Positions 11,616 to 23,600 of a DNA stretch of 64,000 bases are shown piece by piece. The position numbers and the translations under genes were made by a program. The DNA is taken from the NCBI GenBank assembly GCA_963847185.1, contig CAWJYV010000007.1, positions 320,001 to 384,000 of the forward strand, given 5' to 3'. Numbering within the stretch: the stretch's first letter is position 1; every line of letters begins with the position of its first letter. The notes under the pieces are model-generated. The model saw only the letters and a list, made by a program, of their open reading frames with translations. It did not search any database and was not told the origin of the DNA. The DNA is from an uncultured Methanosarcinaceae archaeon. GTDB lineage: Archaea; Halobacteriota; Methanosarcinia; Methanosarcinales; Methanosarcinaceae.

Positions 11616-11950
11616 CGTATCACCTTTGGGTTGGATTTGGAATTTGAGTAAACTCAAAAATTTTATAGGGTTATAGTGTATTTTTCCCAAAGCACATACG
11701 GCTGTTAAACTAAGATATGTTGTCAGGAATAGGGTTTCCTGCTTCATTTTTAGCATCGTATCACCTTTGGGTTGGATTTAGAATTTGAGCAAACTCAAAA
11801 AACTATAGATAGTTATTATTTCTCCAACAGTTGATACGGTTGTCAAAATAAGACATATTTCAGGAATAGGGTTTCCTGATTATTTTTTAGCATCGTATCG
11901 CCTCTGGATTGGATTTAATTTGAGTAAACTCAAAAACTCTAGAGATAATT
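11557..11950 (-). repeat. Three tandem ~140-bp units, each with palindrome, RBS, ATG and signal-peptide start
   Basis: tttagcatcgtatc(a/g)cct...ggattt...tttgag(t/c)aaactcaaaaa occurs three times; ATGs at 11615, 11756, 11893. Confidence 0.9.
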
Positions 11951-12852
11951 GTATACTCTTTCCCAGATATTTCTCAAAATTCCATATTACGTACTCGTAA
12001 TGTTTTTCCGAACTATCTAATTAGACCGAGTCTATAGTAAATATCTAATTATGTCGGGTCTATACGGTAATTCAAAAATTCTATATTACGTCTGCGTAAT
12101 ATTTTTGAATCTATCCAAGTATGTTCTCTGCGATTATGTGGGGCGGACACGTTGCACACAGAGTCTCCACTCTCCAATCACTTTATAGGGACTGGTCATT
12201 GGAGATGGCCGGAAATGAGAAGCTTTGGCTTCTATCACTCAAAATCTGTTACTGACCATAGGATATTATTCCTTCTGGTCAATACCTCCTATTTTATAAG
12301 TTATGACCTCAGGCCAAGTTAACTCTTTTGAAAAGTTTTCCTTTACTTTCATTGTTTACTGGCTGAGTCGACACTCAAAGTTTAACCTTCATATTATAAA
12401 ATATTTTTGGTCATACAGAAGGAAATTTTGGAAATTATTTCGAATATTAAAGAGTTATGAAGTGATAAAAGAACTTATCTGAATAATTATGGAAAAAAGT
12501 TACACATTTATTTCATTAATCTGGATATCAAGTTACCATATTTTTTCATTATATACTCATATATGTATTCTAATTGCCCAATATTACAACTCCTAGAACC
12601 CAGTAAAGAAAAAAATATCCTGCTTCATACATAGGTATGAGTTCTTAAAGTCTGCCTCAAAACTCAGACCATTTCCACAATTGATAATTTGTAGCGTTGA
12701 TAAGATGCATGTGAGAAAATACTGATGATAAGAACTGATTAATTAATATTTTATTTATCAAATAAAAAAGGCAAAAAAGTTAAGAGAAAACAGGTAAACA
12801 AAAAATAAATTAAAGAAATGGAACAGTTTCCTGCTCCTACTTTTTTCGAAAA

Positions 12853-14568
12853 TCACTTGTGGGCAAAGTATGCCAAAACTTTTTCCTTATCTACAGAATC
12901 AATTCTGCAGAAGCCGAAACGTTCGAACTGTACGATTTTGTCAAGTTCAGATGTAATCCCGTGTTCTCCGATTCCTTCTATATCGCCTTCGGGACCGCGA
13001 ACTTTAACGGAAATTCCATCAACTGGTGCCCAGTGGATAATTTTTGCTTTTGCTTTTTTAAGGGCTTCAAGAGAAATATCAGAGACTTTTGCCTGAAGTG
13101 GTGAAGGAGAAGTGATTTCAATATTGCAGAAATCTTTTAAGCGGAGGATGGAGCCTGCTTCCAGCTTTTCGGCATCATCCATGCAAACAAGCACTTTACT
13201 TCCTACGGCAATTTCTCTTACACCTCTTGCCTGGTCAGTGGGGTGGAGCGGAAGTTTTGCAATTGTCGGCCCTGAATCCGCAATTTCCAGTTCTACAGGA
13301 TTCCAGACAAAGAAGTAGCGGTTTGCAATGGGGTCCACGATTTTGCGGTTTTCGGCGTAGAGAGACTCCATGCTTATACTCACATCTGTCATCCCTACTC
13401 CCATCTCTATCATGAATTTTTTGAGGGCTTCAGCCTTGATTCCGCGGCGGCGGATTGCCCGGATTGTGGGTAGTCTTGGATCGTCCCATCCGCTGTACTC
13501 TCCTTCCTCAATGGCTTTTCTGAGGGTGCTTGTGCTGAATTTGCCAAACTCATGGATCTTGACCCTGCCCCAGTGGGTTGTTTTCGGGTATTCCCAGCCG
13601 AAGTACCTGTAGATGTATCCCTGCCGTTTTTCGCTATCAATAAGGTCTTTACCCCGGATAATGTGAGTCATGCCGAGTTCGTGGTCTTCTATAGCGCCTG
13701 CAAAGTCCAGAAGGGGCCAGACAATGTATTTTTCATCAATCTCGGGACGAGGATGGGACATTTTTCTGATCCTGAATGCACCCCAGTCTCGGAGAGCGGG
13801 ATCCTTGTGTTCTATATCGGTTTTGATTCTCAGTACTGCCTGCTGGTCTTCGTATTCTCCGGCAAGCATCTTCTCCCAGTGCATGAGGTTTTCTTCAGGG
13901 CTTACATCCCTGTGCGGGCAGGCTTTCTTGGCGTCCTTAAATTCCTTGAAATCTCCTCCTTTACAGAAGCAGACATAGGCTTTGCCCATCTCAATTAGTT
14001 TTCTTGCATAATCATAATACATAGGGAAATGATCAGAGGCGTAGACTATCTGGTCAGGTACAACTCCAAGCCATTTGAAGTCATCAAGGTACCAGTCATA
14101 AGCTTCAAGCATAGGTCTTTTTATGTCAGGATCGGTATCATCGAAACGCAGGATGAACTTTCCTTTGTACATCTTTACATATTCGGAATTAACAACCATG
14201 CCTCTTGCACTTCCCAGGGTTCCGGGCCCATTGGGGTTTGGGGCAAACCGCATTACAACCTTGCCAGGTTCTACTCCTTCAAGAGGTTTTAAACCTTTAT
14301 CCGGCTCTTTCTTTACGCTAAGAGCTTCAATAAGTTCTGGTGCAATTTCAGAAAGCCTTGCTTCCCAGACTTCTGGATTTCCTTTAGCAATTTCGGAGAC
14401 AATAGTTTCAAGAGCTTCAGATATTGCATTAGGGTTGGATCTGAGATGAGGACATTCCCCCATTACCTTGCCCATGACAGCTTTGGGCTGAGGGGCTTTT
14501 CCATATTTTACAGCATTTTGAAGGGCGTATTTTTCTATTGTTTTAAGATCTTCAGGACTTAAAGTCAT
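12853..14568 (-). CDS. gltX: Glutamyl-tRNA synthetase
   Basis: 571 aa; RFAPNPNG, LRFDDTDP, THIIRGKDL, GWDDPRLPT, QFERFGF. Confidence 0.96.
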   Translation of the reverse strand: MTLSPEDLKTIEKYALQNAVKYGKAPQPKAVMGKVMGECPHLRSNPNAISEALETIVSEIAKGNPEVWEARLSEIAPELIEALSVKKEPDKGLKPLEGVEPGKVVMRFAPNPNGPGTLGSARGMVVNSEYVKMYKGKFILRFDDTDPDIKRPMLEAYDWYLDDFKWLGVVPDQIVYASDHFPMYYDYARKLIEMGKAYVCFCKGGDFKEFKDAKKACPHRDVSPEENLMHWEKMLAGEYEDQQAVLRIKTDIEHKDPALRDWGAFRIRKMSHPRPEIDEKYIVWPLLDFAGAIEDHELGMTHIIRGKDLIDSEKRQGYIYRYFGWEYPKTTHWGRVKIHEFGKFSTSTLRKAIEEGEYSGWDDPRLPTIRAIRRRGIKAEALKKFMIEMGVGMTDVSISMESLYAENRKIVDPIANRYFFVWNPVELEIADSGPTIAKLPLHPTDQARGVREIAVGSKVLVCMDDAEKLEAGSILRLKDFCNIEITSPSPLQAKVSDISLEALKKAKAKIIHWAPVDGISVKVRGPEGDIEGIGEHGITSELDKIVQFERFGFCRIDSVDKEKVLAYFAHK

Positions 14569-14968
14569 AGGAGGTTCTCCAAAAGTAAACTTGGATTAAA
14601 TGAGATCGGGATGTAGTGTAAATTCAATTACAAAGCAAGTTACAACTTTAGCTGTGAATTTAATTACAAAACTAACTGCAAAGCCAATTCTAAATTCAAT
14701 TGCATATACTCATGAAAAATGAGTATTATATCAGATCTTTGAGTCGTGTTATATCTTTAATTGTGTTAGATCTCTGAATCCGATAATTGCGGAAAAATGT
14801 AAATGGGATTATAAAAAGCCACCGAAGCCCCAAATTTTCAGGAAAATTTGAAAATGAGAAAAAGCTTTTGTGATAAGTATTTTTGAAAGGCACCATTGGT
14901 AAAGAGCTCTTTGCATAACCTTTTGCAGAGCCCTTTACAGAGCCCTTTACAGAGTCTTTTGCAAGGCC

Positions 14969-15274
14969 TTATTTAGGGATGGAAGCTTCGATTTCCCGGA
15001 TACGGGAAACTTTCTCTTTAATCTTTTCAAGCTCCCTCTCAAACTCCTGCAGAAACTTGGAAACCGCATCTCCAGGAACTGCACCCTGAGCTGAGGGTTT
15101 GATCAGATTAGCCTGTTCAAGGACCCTGAGTGAATAACGCACTTTATGGTTCTGCATCCCTGTAACTTCAGAAAGTTTCAGAATTCCTATAGGAGCTTCT
15201 TCAATTACTTTTTTGAGCACCAAAAGATGGCGTTCAGTAAGGTCAAGTTCATTTCCGATATGCTCAAGCAGCAT
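14969..15274 (-). CDS. Small winged-helix conserved archaeal protein
   Basis: 101 aa; PIGILKLSEVTG...HKVRYSLRVLE HTH-like; overlaps the upstream stop codon. Confidence 0.7.
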   Translation of the reverse strand: MLLEHIGNELDLTERHLLVLKKVIEEAPIGILKLSEVTGMQNHKVRYSLRVLEQANLIKPSAQGAVPGDAVSKFLQEFERELEKIKEKVSRIREIEASIPK

Positions 15275-16008
15275 CAGACAACCTCGTTTCTAAGTATTCC
15301 AATTCCCTGGATTTCCACTTCAACAATATCTCCTCTCTGCAGCTCTCCAACGCCCCGGGGTGTCCCTGTGGCAATTACATCTCCCACTTCCAGGGTCATG
15401 ATTTCAGTGATGAATTCAATAAGGTAAGGGATGTCAAAAATAAGGTTTGAGGTGCTCGATTCCTGTCTGGTTTTCCCATTTACCCTGCAGGCGATCTTTG
15501 CATTCGAAACATCAAGCTCATCAGGAGAAGCAAGATAAGGCCCGAATGCTGCAAAGGTATCAAAACTCTTCGCCCTTGTCCATTGCCCATCTTTATGCTG
15601 GAGGTCCCGTGCCGTTACATCATTAAAGCAGGTATATCCAGCAATTACATCCTCAGCCTTTTCGGCTGAAATGCTCTTGCAACGCTTGCCTATTACAACT
15701 GCAAGTTCGGCCTCATAATCCACTCTCGAACTTGAAGCCGGATAAATGATCTTGTCTTCATGCCCTATGACTGCAGACGGGGGCTTTAAAAAAAGAACAG
15801 GAGTTTCAGGAATCTCCATTGAAAGTTCTTTTGCATGGTCCCTATAATTCAGGCCTACGCAGACGATTTTTGAGGGAGACACCGGAGGGAGGACGCGGAG
15901 TTCTGAAAGTTCAAATGTTCCTGAAGGAACCCCACCACTAGGATATACATGTCCGTTTTCGATCATTCCATAGAAAATATCGTCTCCTGACCTGAATTTT
16001 CCAATCAT
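15274..16008 (-). CDS. Fumarylacetoacetate hydrolase family protein
   Basis: KIVCVGLNYRDH, FLKP, DYEAEL, NDVTARD, AKSFDT, GDVIATGTP. Confidence 0.93.
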   Translation of the reverse strand: MIGKFRSGDDIFYGMIENGHVYPSGGVPSGTFELSELRVLPPVSPSKIVCVGLNYRDHAKELSMEIPETPVLFLKPPSAVIGHEDKIIYPASSSRVDYEAELAVVIGKRCKSISAEKAEDVIAGYTCFNDVTARDLQHKDGQWTRAKSFDTFAAFGPYLASPDELDVSNAKIACRVNGKTRQESSTSNLIFDIPYLIEFITEIMTLEVGDVIATGTPRGVGELQRGDIVEVEIQGIGILRNEVV

Positions 16009-16081
16009 ATCTTTGCTTTCTCCTGCACTTCAAGATCTCTTTGTCTGTTTTTTCGCATTCTTTTAAAGGATATATCGAAAC

Positions 16082-16861
16082 TTAAATTTTAACTCTTCGC
16101 CCACTGGCATCCCTGGTATATTTTCCGAGTTCGGAATCCAGGAGTTGAACACCTGAAAATACAGGCCCGTCCTTGCAAACTCTAAGTCCGGTTTTGTCTA
16201 TGCAGCATGCTCCGCAGACTCCTATTCCGCATTTGAAATAACGGTGGAGGCTAAATTCGGCTTTCTCAAGAGCATTTCTTTCCTCAAGAAGTTTGAAAAC
16301 AGAAGCCATCATTATTTCGGGACCGCAAACTGCAATCCTGTCATAAGCCGAAAGCTCAAGTCCACGGAGGATATCGGTTACAAAACCTTTTGTGCCTTTT
16401 GAACCGTCATCTGTAGAAATATAAATCTTCCCAGCCTCTGCAAAGCGCTCTTCGAAAAGCAGGTCTCCTGCACTTCTAGCTCCAAGTACCGTATGCACTT
16501 CAGAGCCGGCTGCAAAAACTGCTTCGGCATAAGGAGCAAGAGGAGCTGCCCCGACTCCGCCTGCGATAACCAAAATTTTTTCACCCTTAAAGGAAAGAGA
16601 AAAACCCTTTCCAAAAGGTCCTCTAAGCCCGAAAGAATCTCCTTCTCTCAATTCAAAAAGCTTTGAAGTTGCCTCTCCCACTTTCTGGACAGTGATAGAG
16701 TTTTTTCTTGAGAGCCCCATGGGCACCTCATCCACACCTCTCACCCAGACCATTACAAATTGGCCTGGTTCCATGGTTTCAAACTCGAAATCAAAGAAAA
16801 AAGTCCTGATAGAAGGAGACTCTTCAGTTATCTTTACTATTGTAGCATTAAGAGGAAGCAT
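16082..16861 (-). CDS. pyrK: Dihydroorotate dehydrogenase electron transfer subunit
   Basis: [34 protein letters not shown]...CKDGPVF [2Fe-2S] motif. Confidence 0.93.
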   Translation of the reverse strand: MLPLNATIVKITEESPSIRTFFFDFEFETMEPGQFVMVWVRGVDEVPMGLSRKNSITVQKVGEATSKLFELREGDSFGLRGPFGKGFSLSFKGEKILVIAGGVGAAPLAPYAEAVFAAGSEVHTVLGARSAGDLLFEERFAEAGKIYISTDDGSKGTKGFVTDILRGLELSAYDRIAVCGPEIMMASVFKLLEERNALEKAEFSLHRYFKCGIGVCGACCIDKTGLRVCKDGPVFSGVQLLDSELGKYTRDASGRRVKI

Positions 16862-17766
16862 CAGACCATCTCATGGGAAAGTCCTATTAATCTATTTACA
16901 TCCGAATAGCCTTTCCTCTGGAGGAAAGCTTCGATCCCTTTACTGATTTCGGAGAATATGTCAATCCTGTCATATACTGCAGACCCTACCTGGACAGAAG
17001 ATGCCCCTGCCATCATCATTTCTACCGCATCCTGCCAGGAAGAGACTCCTCCAACTCCGATTACAGGAATTTCAAGGGCAGTATAAAGGTCATAAACACA
17101 TTTGACAGCAACAGGCTTTACAGCCTTTCCTGAAAGCCCGCCTGAACGGTTTCCAAGGACAGGATATCCGGATTCTATATCAATAGCCATTCCTTTTACG
17201 GTGTTGATCGCAACAACCGCATCAGCACCTCCGGATTCGGCTGCAGCTCCTATGCATGTAATGTCAGAAACGTTTGGGGTAAGCTTAACCCAGACAGGGA
17301 TGTTTGACACATCTTTTACTGCTGCTGTGACTGCTTCTACAAGGCAGGGGTTGGAGCCTATAGCAGCCCCATACCCTTCCGCATGGGGACAGCTTACGTT
17401 AAGCTCGAAAACATCAGGCTTTACTGGAAGTAATCCTTCGGCAACTTCTGCAAATTCTGCAGGTGTCCCCCCGAAAATACTGGCAATTACTGGAACTCCG
17501 GAATTCTCTTTTGCAATTTCGAGTTCCTGCAGGAAGCTTGAATAGGAAGGATTCGGAAGCCCCATAGCATTCAAAAAGCCGCAGTCGAGTTTGACCATGC
17601 TTGGATTTGAATGCCCGGTTTTGGGCGTGGGACCTATAGATTTTGTTACAACTGCCCCTGCCCCTCCTTCACGTGCAACCCTGCACAGAGAAGCGCCTGT
17701 TGTGCCAAGCACACCGGCTGCAAGAATTGTAGGATTTTTCAATTTGAGTCCGGTAAGAGTATACAT
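16861..17766 (-). CDS. pyrD: Dihydroorotate dehydrogenase B catalytic subunit
   Basis: [35 protein letters not shown]; start placed at ATG 17766 after AAGGAG. Confidence 0.94.
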   Translation of the reverse strand: MYTLTGLKLKNPTILAAGVLGTTGASLCRVAREGGAGAVVTKSIGPTPKTGHSNPSMVKLDCGFLNAMGLPNPSYSSFLQELEIAKENSGVPVIASIFGGTPAEFAEVAEGLLPVKPDVFELNVSCPHAEGYGAAIGSNPCLVEAVTAAVKDVSNIPVWVKLTPNVSDITCIGAAAESGGADAVVAINTVKGMAIDIESGYPVLGNRSGGLSGKAVKPVAVKCVYDLYTALEIPVIGVGGVSSWQDAVEMMMAGASSVQVGSAVYDRIDIFSEISKGIEAFLQRKGYSDVNRLIGLSHEMV

Positions 17767-17798
17767 GCATGACTCCTTTCTATCCTGGGAATATATCA

Positions 17799-18752
17799 TC
17801 AGTCGTATGAACAATAGTCAGAATCGCACGAATCTCTCGAGATCTGCAGGAGAGCTTCTTCGGCCAGTCTCTTACCTCCCATTTTCACTATCCTGTGGCC
17901 AAGTTCCCTTGCTTGCTCAAGACCTCCGACCATGGGGATAAATTCGTCTATCCTGACAGACTCCTCCCCATCAAGGGAGAGGACTTCAGCTCGAACATGG
18001 ATCTCTTTTCCATCAGGCGTGATTTCGGCATAGGAACCTATAGGAGTTGTACAGCCTCCTCCAAGTTCAGAGATAAGGATTCTTTCGATTTCAGTGGCGA
18101 TTCTGCTTTCGGTATGGTCGAGTCTGGAAACTACGGTTTCGGCCTCTGAACCTGCCAGTGTAACCACTGCAACCGTGCCCTGATTAGGAGAAGGACAGAA
18201 GAAGTCAGGAGAAAGGATTTCTCCTTCAAGCTCCCAGCCCATGCGTTCAAGTCCTGCTTTCGCAAGCAGAATCCCATCATACTGTCCTTCTTTGAGCTTT
18301 CTGAGCCTTGTATCTATATTACCCCTCAATTCCTGGGTAATAAGATCAGGTCTGTAGCGTTTAATCTGAGCAACCCTTCTAAGGGAACTGGTGCCTATAA
18401 TTGACTGTTCGGGCAGTTCATCCAGTGTGGATCCATCATAAGTCAGCAGAATATCAAAAGGAGTATCCCGCTTCAGAACTGCGGATGTTGATAGTGTTGG
18501 CGGGCGGACGGTTGGCATATCCTTCATGGAGTGGACAGCAATATCTATTTCTCCTGCAAGCATAACATCGTCCAGCTCCCTTACAAAAGCCCCAACTCCA
18601 CTGGATACCGCATGCAGAGGACGGTCAGTAAACCGATCTCCGCTCGTTTTTATAATTTTCAAGCTGGTTTCAACGCCCTGTTCTTTCAAAAGGCGTGCAA
18701 CATTCTTGGCCTGGGCAAGCGCAAGCTGGCTGCCCCGCGTACCTATAATCAT
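17799..18752 (-). CDS. hemC: Porphobilinogen deaminase
   Basis: GTRGSQLALAQ, AVHSMKDMP, GTSSLRR, LRGNIDTRL, GGCTTPIG. Confidence 0.96.
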   Translation of the reverse strand: MIIGTRGSQLALAQAKNVARLLKEQGVETSLKIIKTSGDRFTDRPLHAVSSGVGAFVRELDDVMLAGEIDIAVHSMKDMPTVRPPTLSTSAVLKRDTPFDILLTYDGSTLDELPEQSIIGTSSLRRVAQIKRYRPDLITQELRGNIDTRLRKLKEGQYDGILLAKAGLERMGWELEGEILSPDFFCPSPNQGTVAVVTLAGSEAETVVSRLDHTESRIATEIERILISELGGGCTTPIGSYAEITPDGKEIHVRAEVLSLDGEESVRIDEFIPMVGGLEQARELGHRIVKMGGKRLAEEALLQISRDSCDSDYCSYD

Positions 18753-18787
18753 GTGTAGTAACCTCGTTTTAAAAGATGCAAATCTAC

Positions 18788-20062
18788 TCAGAGATTTTCA
18801 GCATATGCCTCAAGAGTCCTGTCAAAGTCTTCTTCGCTATGGGCTGCTGAGATGAAATTCGTCTCAAACTGGGAGGGAGGCAGGAAAACTCCACTTGCAA
18901 GCATCCTGTGGAAGAAGGCAAGGTACCCCTCCTTATCGCACTTCAGAACCTCCTGGTAGTTATGAGGCTCGTCCCCAAAGAAGATCTTGAACATGGAAGC
19001 AATTCCACATACGTTATAATTAAGCCCTTCATCTTCAACGATTTCAGAGAGCGCAGCCCTCAGGTAATCGCCTTTTGAATTGAGTCTTGAATGAATATTT
19101 TCCTGCTTCATATAATCAAGCACTGCAATTCCCGCAGCCACAGAACATGGGCTTCCACTGAAGGTTCCTGCCTGGTAAACGGGTCCCGACGGAGAGATCA
19201 TTTCCATAATTTCCCTGCGCCCGCCAAAAACTCCTATGGGTAGCCCGCCTCCTACTATCTTTCCGAGTGTGGTCATATCCGGCACAACTCCGAAGTATTC
19301 CTGTGCTCCTCCCATTGCAAGCCTGAACCCTGTAATAACCTCATCGAAAATGAGGAGTACATCATTTTCTCTGGTGAGTTTCCTGAGCTCTTCCAGGTAG
19401 CCGGGTAGAGGGAGAACAGGTCCTATATTTCCAAGTACGGGTTCTAAGATCACTGCAGCCAGTTCATCCCTGTTCTTTTCAACAAGTTCTGTCATTACCT
19501 CAATATCATTGTAAGGTGCCTGCAGAGTATGTTTTGTGAAATCTGCAGGAATGCCCAGAGAATCAGGTTCTCCATGAGTTGTAGCTCCAGAACCTGCCTT
19601 TACAAGCACTGCATCATGGGCACCATGGAATCCACCTTCGATTTTGATGAATTTATCCCTGCCCGTAAAGCCTCGGGCAAGGCGAAGGGCACTCATTGTA
19701 GCTTCAGTTCCTGTGGAAACAAAACGAAGCATGTCAATGCTTGGATAATACCCTGCAATTTTTTCTGCCAGGGTCACTTCAAGCTCTGTAGGGGTCCCGT
19801 AGAGCCAGCCTTTATCCAGCTGTGCTTTAATGGCTTCCTTTATTACAGGATGATTGTGCCCAAGAATTGCAGGTCCGTAAGCCAGACAGTAATCAATGTA
19901 TTCGTTCCCGTCAAGATCCCTTATCTTTGAGCCGTCAGCTGATGCTGTATAGAAAGGATAAGGTTTGATTGCGCGTACGGGGCTGCTTACCCCTCCAGGA
20001 ATAAGGGTTTTTGCTTTCTCATACATCTGTCTGGACTTCTCAAGTGTAACCTCAGATACCAT
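18788..20062 (-). CDS. hemL: Glutamate-1-semialdehyde 2,1-aminomutase
   Basis: [36 protein letters not shown]; likely start ATG 20062 (GGTGA RBS). Confidence 0.96.
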   Translation of the reverse strand: MVSEVTLEKSRQMYEKAKTLIPGGVSSPVRAIKPYPFYTASADGSKIRDLDGNEYIDYCLAYGPAILGHNHPVIKEAIKAQLDKGWLYGTPTELEVTLAEKIAGYYPSIDMLRFVSTGTEATMSALRLARGFTGRDKFIKIEGGFHGAHDAVLVKAGSGATTHGEPDSLGIPADFTKHTLQAPYNDIEVMTELVEKNRDELAAVILEPVLGNIGPVLPLPGYLEELRKLTRENDVLLIFDEVITGFRLAMGGAQEYFGVVPDMTTLGKIVGGGLPIGVFGGRREIMEMISPSGPVYQAGTFSGSPCSVAAGIAVLDYMKQENIHSRLNSKGDYLRAALSEIVEDEGLNYNVCGIASMFKIFFGDEPHNYQEVLKCDKEGYLAFFHRMLASGVFLPPSQFETNFISAAHSEEDFDRTLEAYAENL

Positions 20063-20148
20063 GAATCTCACCGGATTGGACTGAATTTTAGCATTGGGAT
20101 TCATAAATAAAACGAAATATTGACTTTAATGCGATTCTATTTAATATC

Positions 20149-20262
20149 AGGACTTGCGCGGTTGAACTAAGAAATCAATGGCATTAAACCCTCAGATATC
20201 CAAATCGCCAATATGAACATTAGTTATTATATCTAGTTTTGGTACTCAAGTGCGTAAGTCCT
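20149..20262. mobile_element. MITE-like element (AGGACTTRCGC terminal inverted repeats)
   Basis: aggacttgcgc...gcgtaagtcct ends, flanked on both sides by ATATC (putative 5-bp target duplication). Confidence 0.7.
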
Positions 20263-20492
20263 ATATCTATATCTATCTTTGTAAGAGGTAGTTTTTACCT
20301 GCTTTTTTCTTATTTTTTAAAACTTTTTATAGTTTGCATTTTTCATACTCTAAAAATAGGTTTTGACATAAAAAGTTATTCAAAAGCAGGCCTAATCATG
20401 CAAAAACAGTGTTCCCAATTTTTCCGGTTTTTAGTTCAGGCCGTAAGATATTGACCCTACTCCTCTTTAATCTTAAATATTTAATTGTTTTT

Positions 20493-20643
20493 AGGACTTA
20501 CGCAGTTAGGCTGAAAAATCAAAAACATTAAATTAAATAGCACTAAATATTTAATTGTATAAAGTGCAAATTTAAATTATAAAGTTTATAATTTAGATTA
20601 TAACGCCTATCCTACTAATTTTTACCTTTAGTGCGTAAGTCCT
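20493..20643. mobile_element. Second MITE-like element of the same TIR family
   Basis: Perfect 12-bp inverted ends aggacttacgca / tgcgtaagtcct around an AT-rich non-coding core. Confidence 0.72.
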
Positions 20644-20666
20644 GGTTTTTCAGTTTAAGGCTTCAC

Positions 20667-23600
20667 TTAATTTATTTTAATATATTCATACTTAGTTTCG
20701 GTGCTACTGCCTCCTGGATTATTTGCCGTTAAGCTTACGGTATACAGTCCAGCGTTACTGTATACGTGTGCGGGATTCTGTTCAGTTGAAGTGTTTCCAT
20801 CTCCAAAAGTCCATACCCAGGAAGTTGGCAGTCCTGCGCTGCTATCAGTAAAACTGACACTAAGTGGTGCAGATCCTGATGTTGTGTTGGCAGAAAAAGT
20901 GGCAACTGGAGCAGTTATACTGTTTGAAACAGCAATATAACTGGATTTTGTCAATGTATTATTGCCTCCAGCATTACTTGCAGTCAAACTTACGGTATAT
21001 AGCCCTGGATTATTGTATACGTGTACGGGATTCTGTTCGGTTGAAGTGTTTCCATCTCCAAAATTCCAGATCCATGAAATTGGCAATCCTGTGCTCTGAT
21101 CAGTAAAGCTGACATTGAGTGGCGCAGATCCTGAGGTCGAGGAAGAGGTAAAAGCAGCCACAAGAACGTTTGAATTATTTAATATATTTATATAGCTGGA
21201 TTTTACATCTGTGCCATTTTCATTACTTACTGTCAGGGAAACGGTGTAATTTCCTGCTGCAGAGTAAGTATGTATTGGGTTCTGCTCGGGTGAACTATTT
21301 CCATCTCCAAAGTCCCAGATCCACACGATTGCGTTTTCAGAACTGTCGTTAAATTGCACGGAAAGGGGAGCAAAACCGCTGCTGACATTGCTACTGAAGT
21401 TTGCTACAGGATGTATTGGTATTACAGCTTGGACATTTATTATACCGGTTAGTGAATCCTTGTATTTTCCATTATTTACTGTCAGGTTAACGGTATAGTT
21501 TCCTGCCGTAGGGTAGGCATGCGTTGGGTTCTGCTCGGTTGATTCAGTTCCATCTCCAAAACTCCATCTCCATCTAATTGCATTTTCCGAGTGGTCTGTA
21601 AATTTCACGGCAAAAGGAACATTCTCACTGGTGAAATCTGCTACATGGGTTACTGGCAGTGCTGAAACATTTATCGGGGCTAATTTAGAATCTGTGCCAT
21701 TTCCATTACCTACTGTCAGGGAAACAATGTAGTTTCCTGCTACGGAATAAGTATGCGTTGGGTTCTGCTTGGTCGAGTTAGTCCCGTCTCCAAAGTCCCA
21801 TCTCCATTCATTTGCGTTTTCTGACCTGTCCTTAAACTTTACTGATAGAGGAACATAACCACTAGTTACACTGGTACTAAAATTAGCTACGGGAAGTACT
21901 GGACTTTCTGACACATTTATGCTGGCTAACATAGAGTTAGTCCCATTTTCATTACTTGCTGTCAGGGAAACGGTGTAGTTTCCTGCTGTGAAATAAGTAT
22001 GTTTTGGGTTTTGCTCGGTTGAATTAACTCCATCTCCAAAATCCCAGTTCCATCCGGTTGCATTTTCCGATAGATCTGTAAATTGTACCGAAAGAGGAGC
22101 AGTACCGTTAGTCACATTGCTGGTAAAGCTAGCTACAGGATATATTTGTTCTACAGCCTGGACAATTATATTTGCAAATTTTGAACCTGCACCGTTTGCA
22201 TTTATTGCTGTTAGGTTAACGGTATAAGTCCCAGGTGTTGCATATATATGTACAGGGTTTCTATCTGGAGAGTCGATGCTTCCGTCGTCTTCAAAGTCCC
22301 AGCTTACTGCAGTTGCGTTTTCTGACCTGTCGTTAAACTGAACCGCAAGCGGAGCATTTCCACTGGTTACATTGCTGCTAAAGTTTGCTACAGGAGGATA
22401 TGCTGGTATTACAGTAAGAACAGTTATTATGCCAGTTGTCGAGTTTGAACTATTTCCATCGCTTATTGTCAGATTTACGGTGTAGTTTCCTTCTGCAAAG
22501 TAAGTATGTTTTGGGTTTTTCTTTGTTGAATTAGCTCCATCTCCAAAGTCCCATCTCCATGAAATTGGCAATCCTGTGCTCCTGTCAGTAAACACTACTT
22601 TCAATGGCGCATCTCCTGAGATGGGGGATGCGATGAAAGCAGCAACCAGTTTTGGAGAAACAGGATTTATAATTATATAGCCCGCTTTTGTCTCTGTATC
22701 TGTCCCGGCTTCATTATTTACTGTGAGCGTTACCGTATAATTTCCTGCTGCACTGTAAGTATGCATAGGATTCTGTTCTGTTGAAGATGTTCCATCTCCA
22801 AAGTCCCACTCCCATTCTGTTGCATACTTAGATAAATCAGTAAACTGCACGGCAAGGGGAACATAGCCTGTTGTGACATTGCTCCTGAAGTCTGCAACAG
22901 GAAGTACTTCTGGTTCTTTTAGAACAGTTATTGTGGCAACTCTTGAAGCTGTACCGTTTTCATTGCTTACTGTCAGGTTAGCCGTATAGTTTCCTGCTGC
23001 AGAGTAAGTATGAAGCGGGGTTTTCTCTGTTGAAGAAGCTCCGTCTCCAAAGGCCCAGTTCCATACGGTTGCGTTTTCAGATCGATCGGTAAACTGCACG
23101 GTCAGAGGGGCGTAACCAGAACTGACATCTGTACTGAAATTCGCTACCGGAAATATTGGAGCAACCTTTTCAAAGACAGTTATATTAATCGACGTGGAAT
23201 TCGTACCATTTGCATTATTGACTGTAAGATTTGCTGCGTAGACTCCTGGAACTGCATACTCATGTATCGGACTTCTATTTTCTGAATCCTTAATTCCATC
23301 TCCAAAGTCCCAGGCCCATCCTGTTGCATTTTCAGACAAATCGGTAAACTGTACCGTCAGGGGAGCATAACCTTCACTTACATTAGTAGTGAAGTTTGCT
23401 ACAGGGAATATTGGAGCAGGTTTCTCAAGAACAGTTATAATAACCAACTTAAAATTTGTACCATTTTCATTGCTTACTGTCAGGTTAGCTGTATAGGTTC
23501 CTGGAGCTGCATAATCATATCTTGGGTTTCTGTCTGTAGAGTCTATAGCTCCGTTGTCGTCAAAATCCCATTTCCACTCAGTTGCATTTTCAGATAGATC

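Noticed and set aside
11557-11950. Possible CRISPR array
   Set aside because: Period ~140 bp, the intervening sequences are homologous to each other, and no cas genes are present.
14920-14965. 12-bp tandem repeat (cagagcccttta); similar short duplications at 9938-9972 and 38203-38241
   Set aside because: Short slippage repeats in 3' regions with no sign of function.
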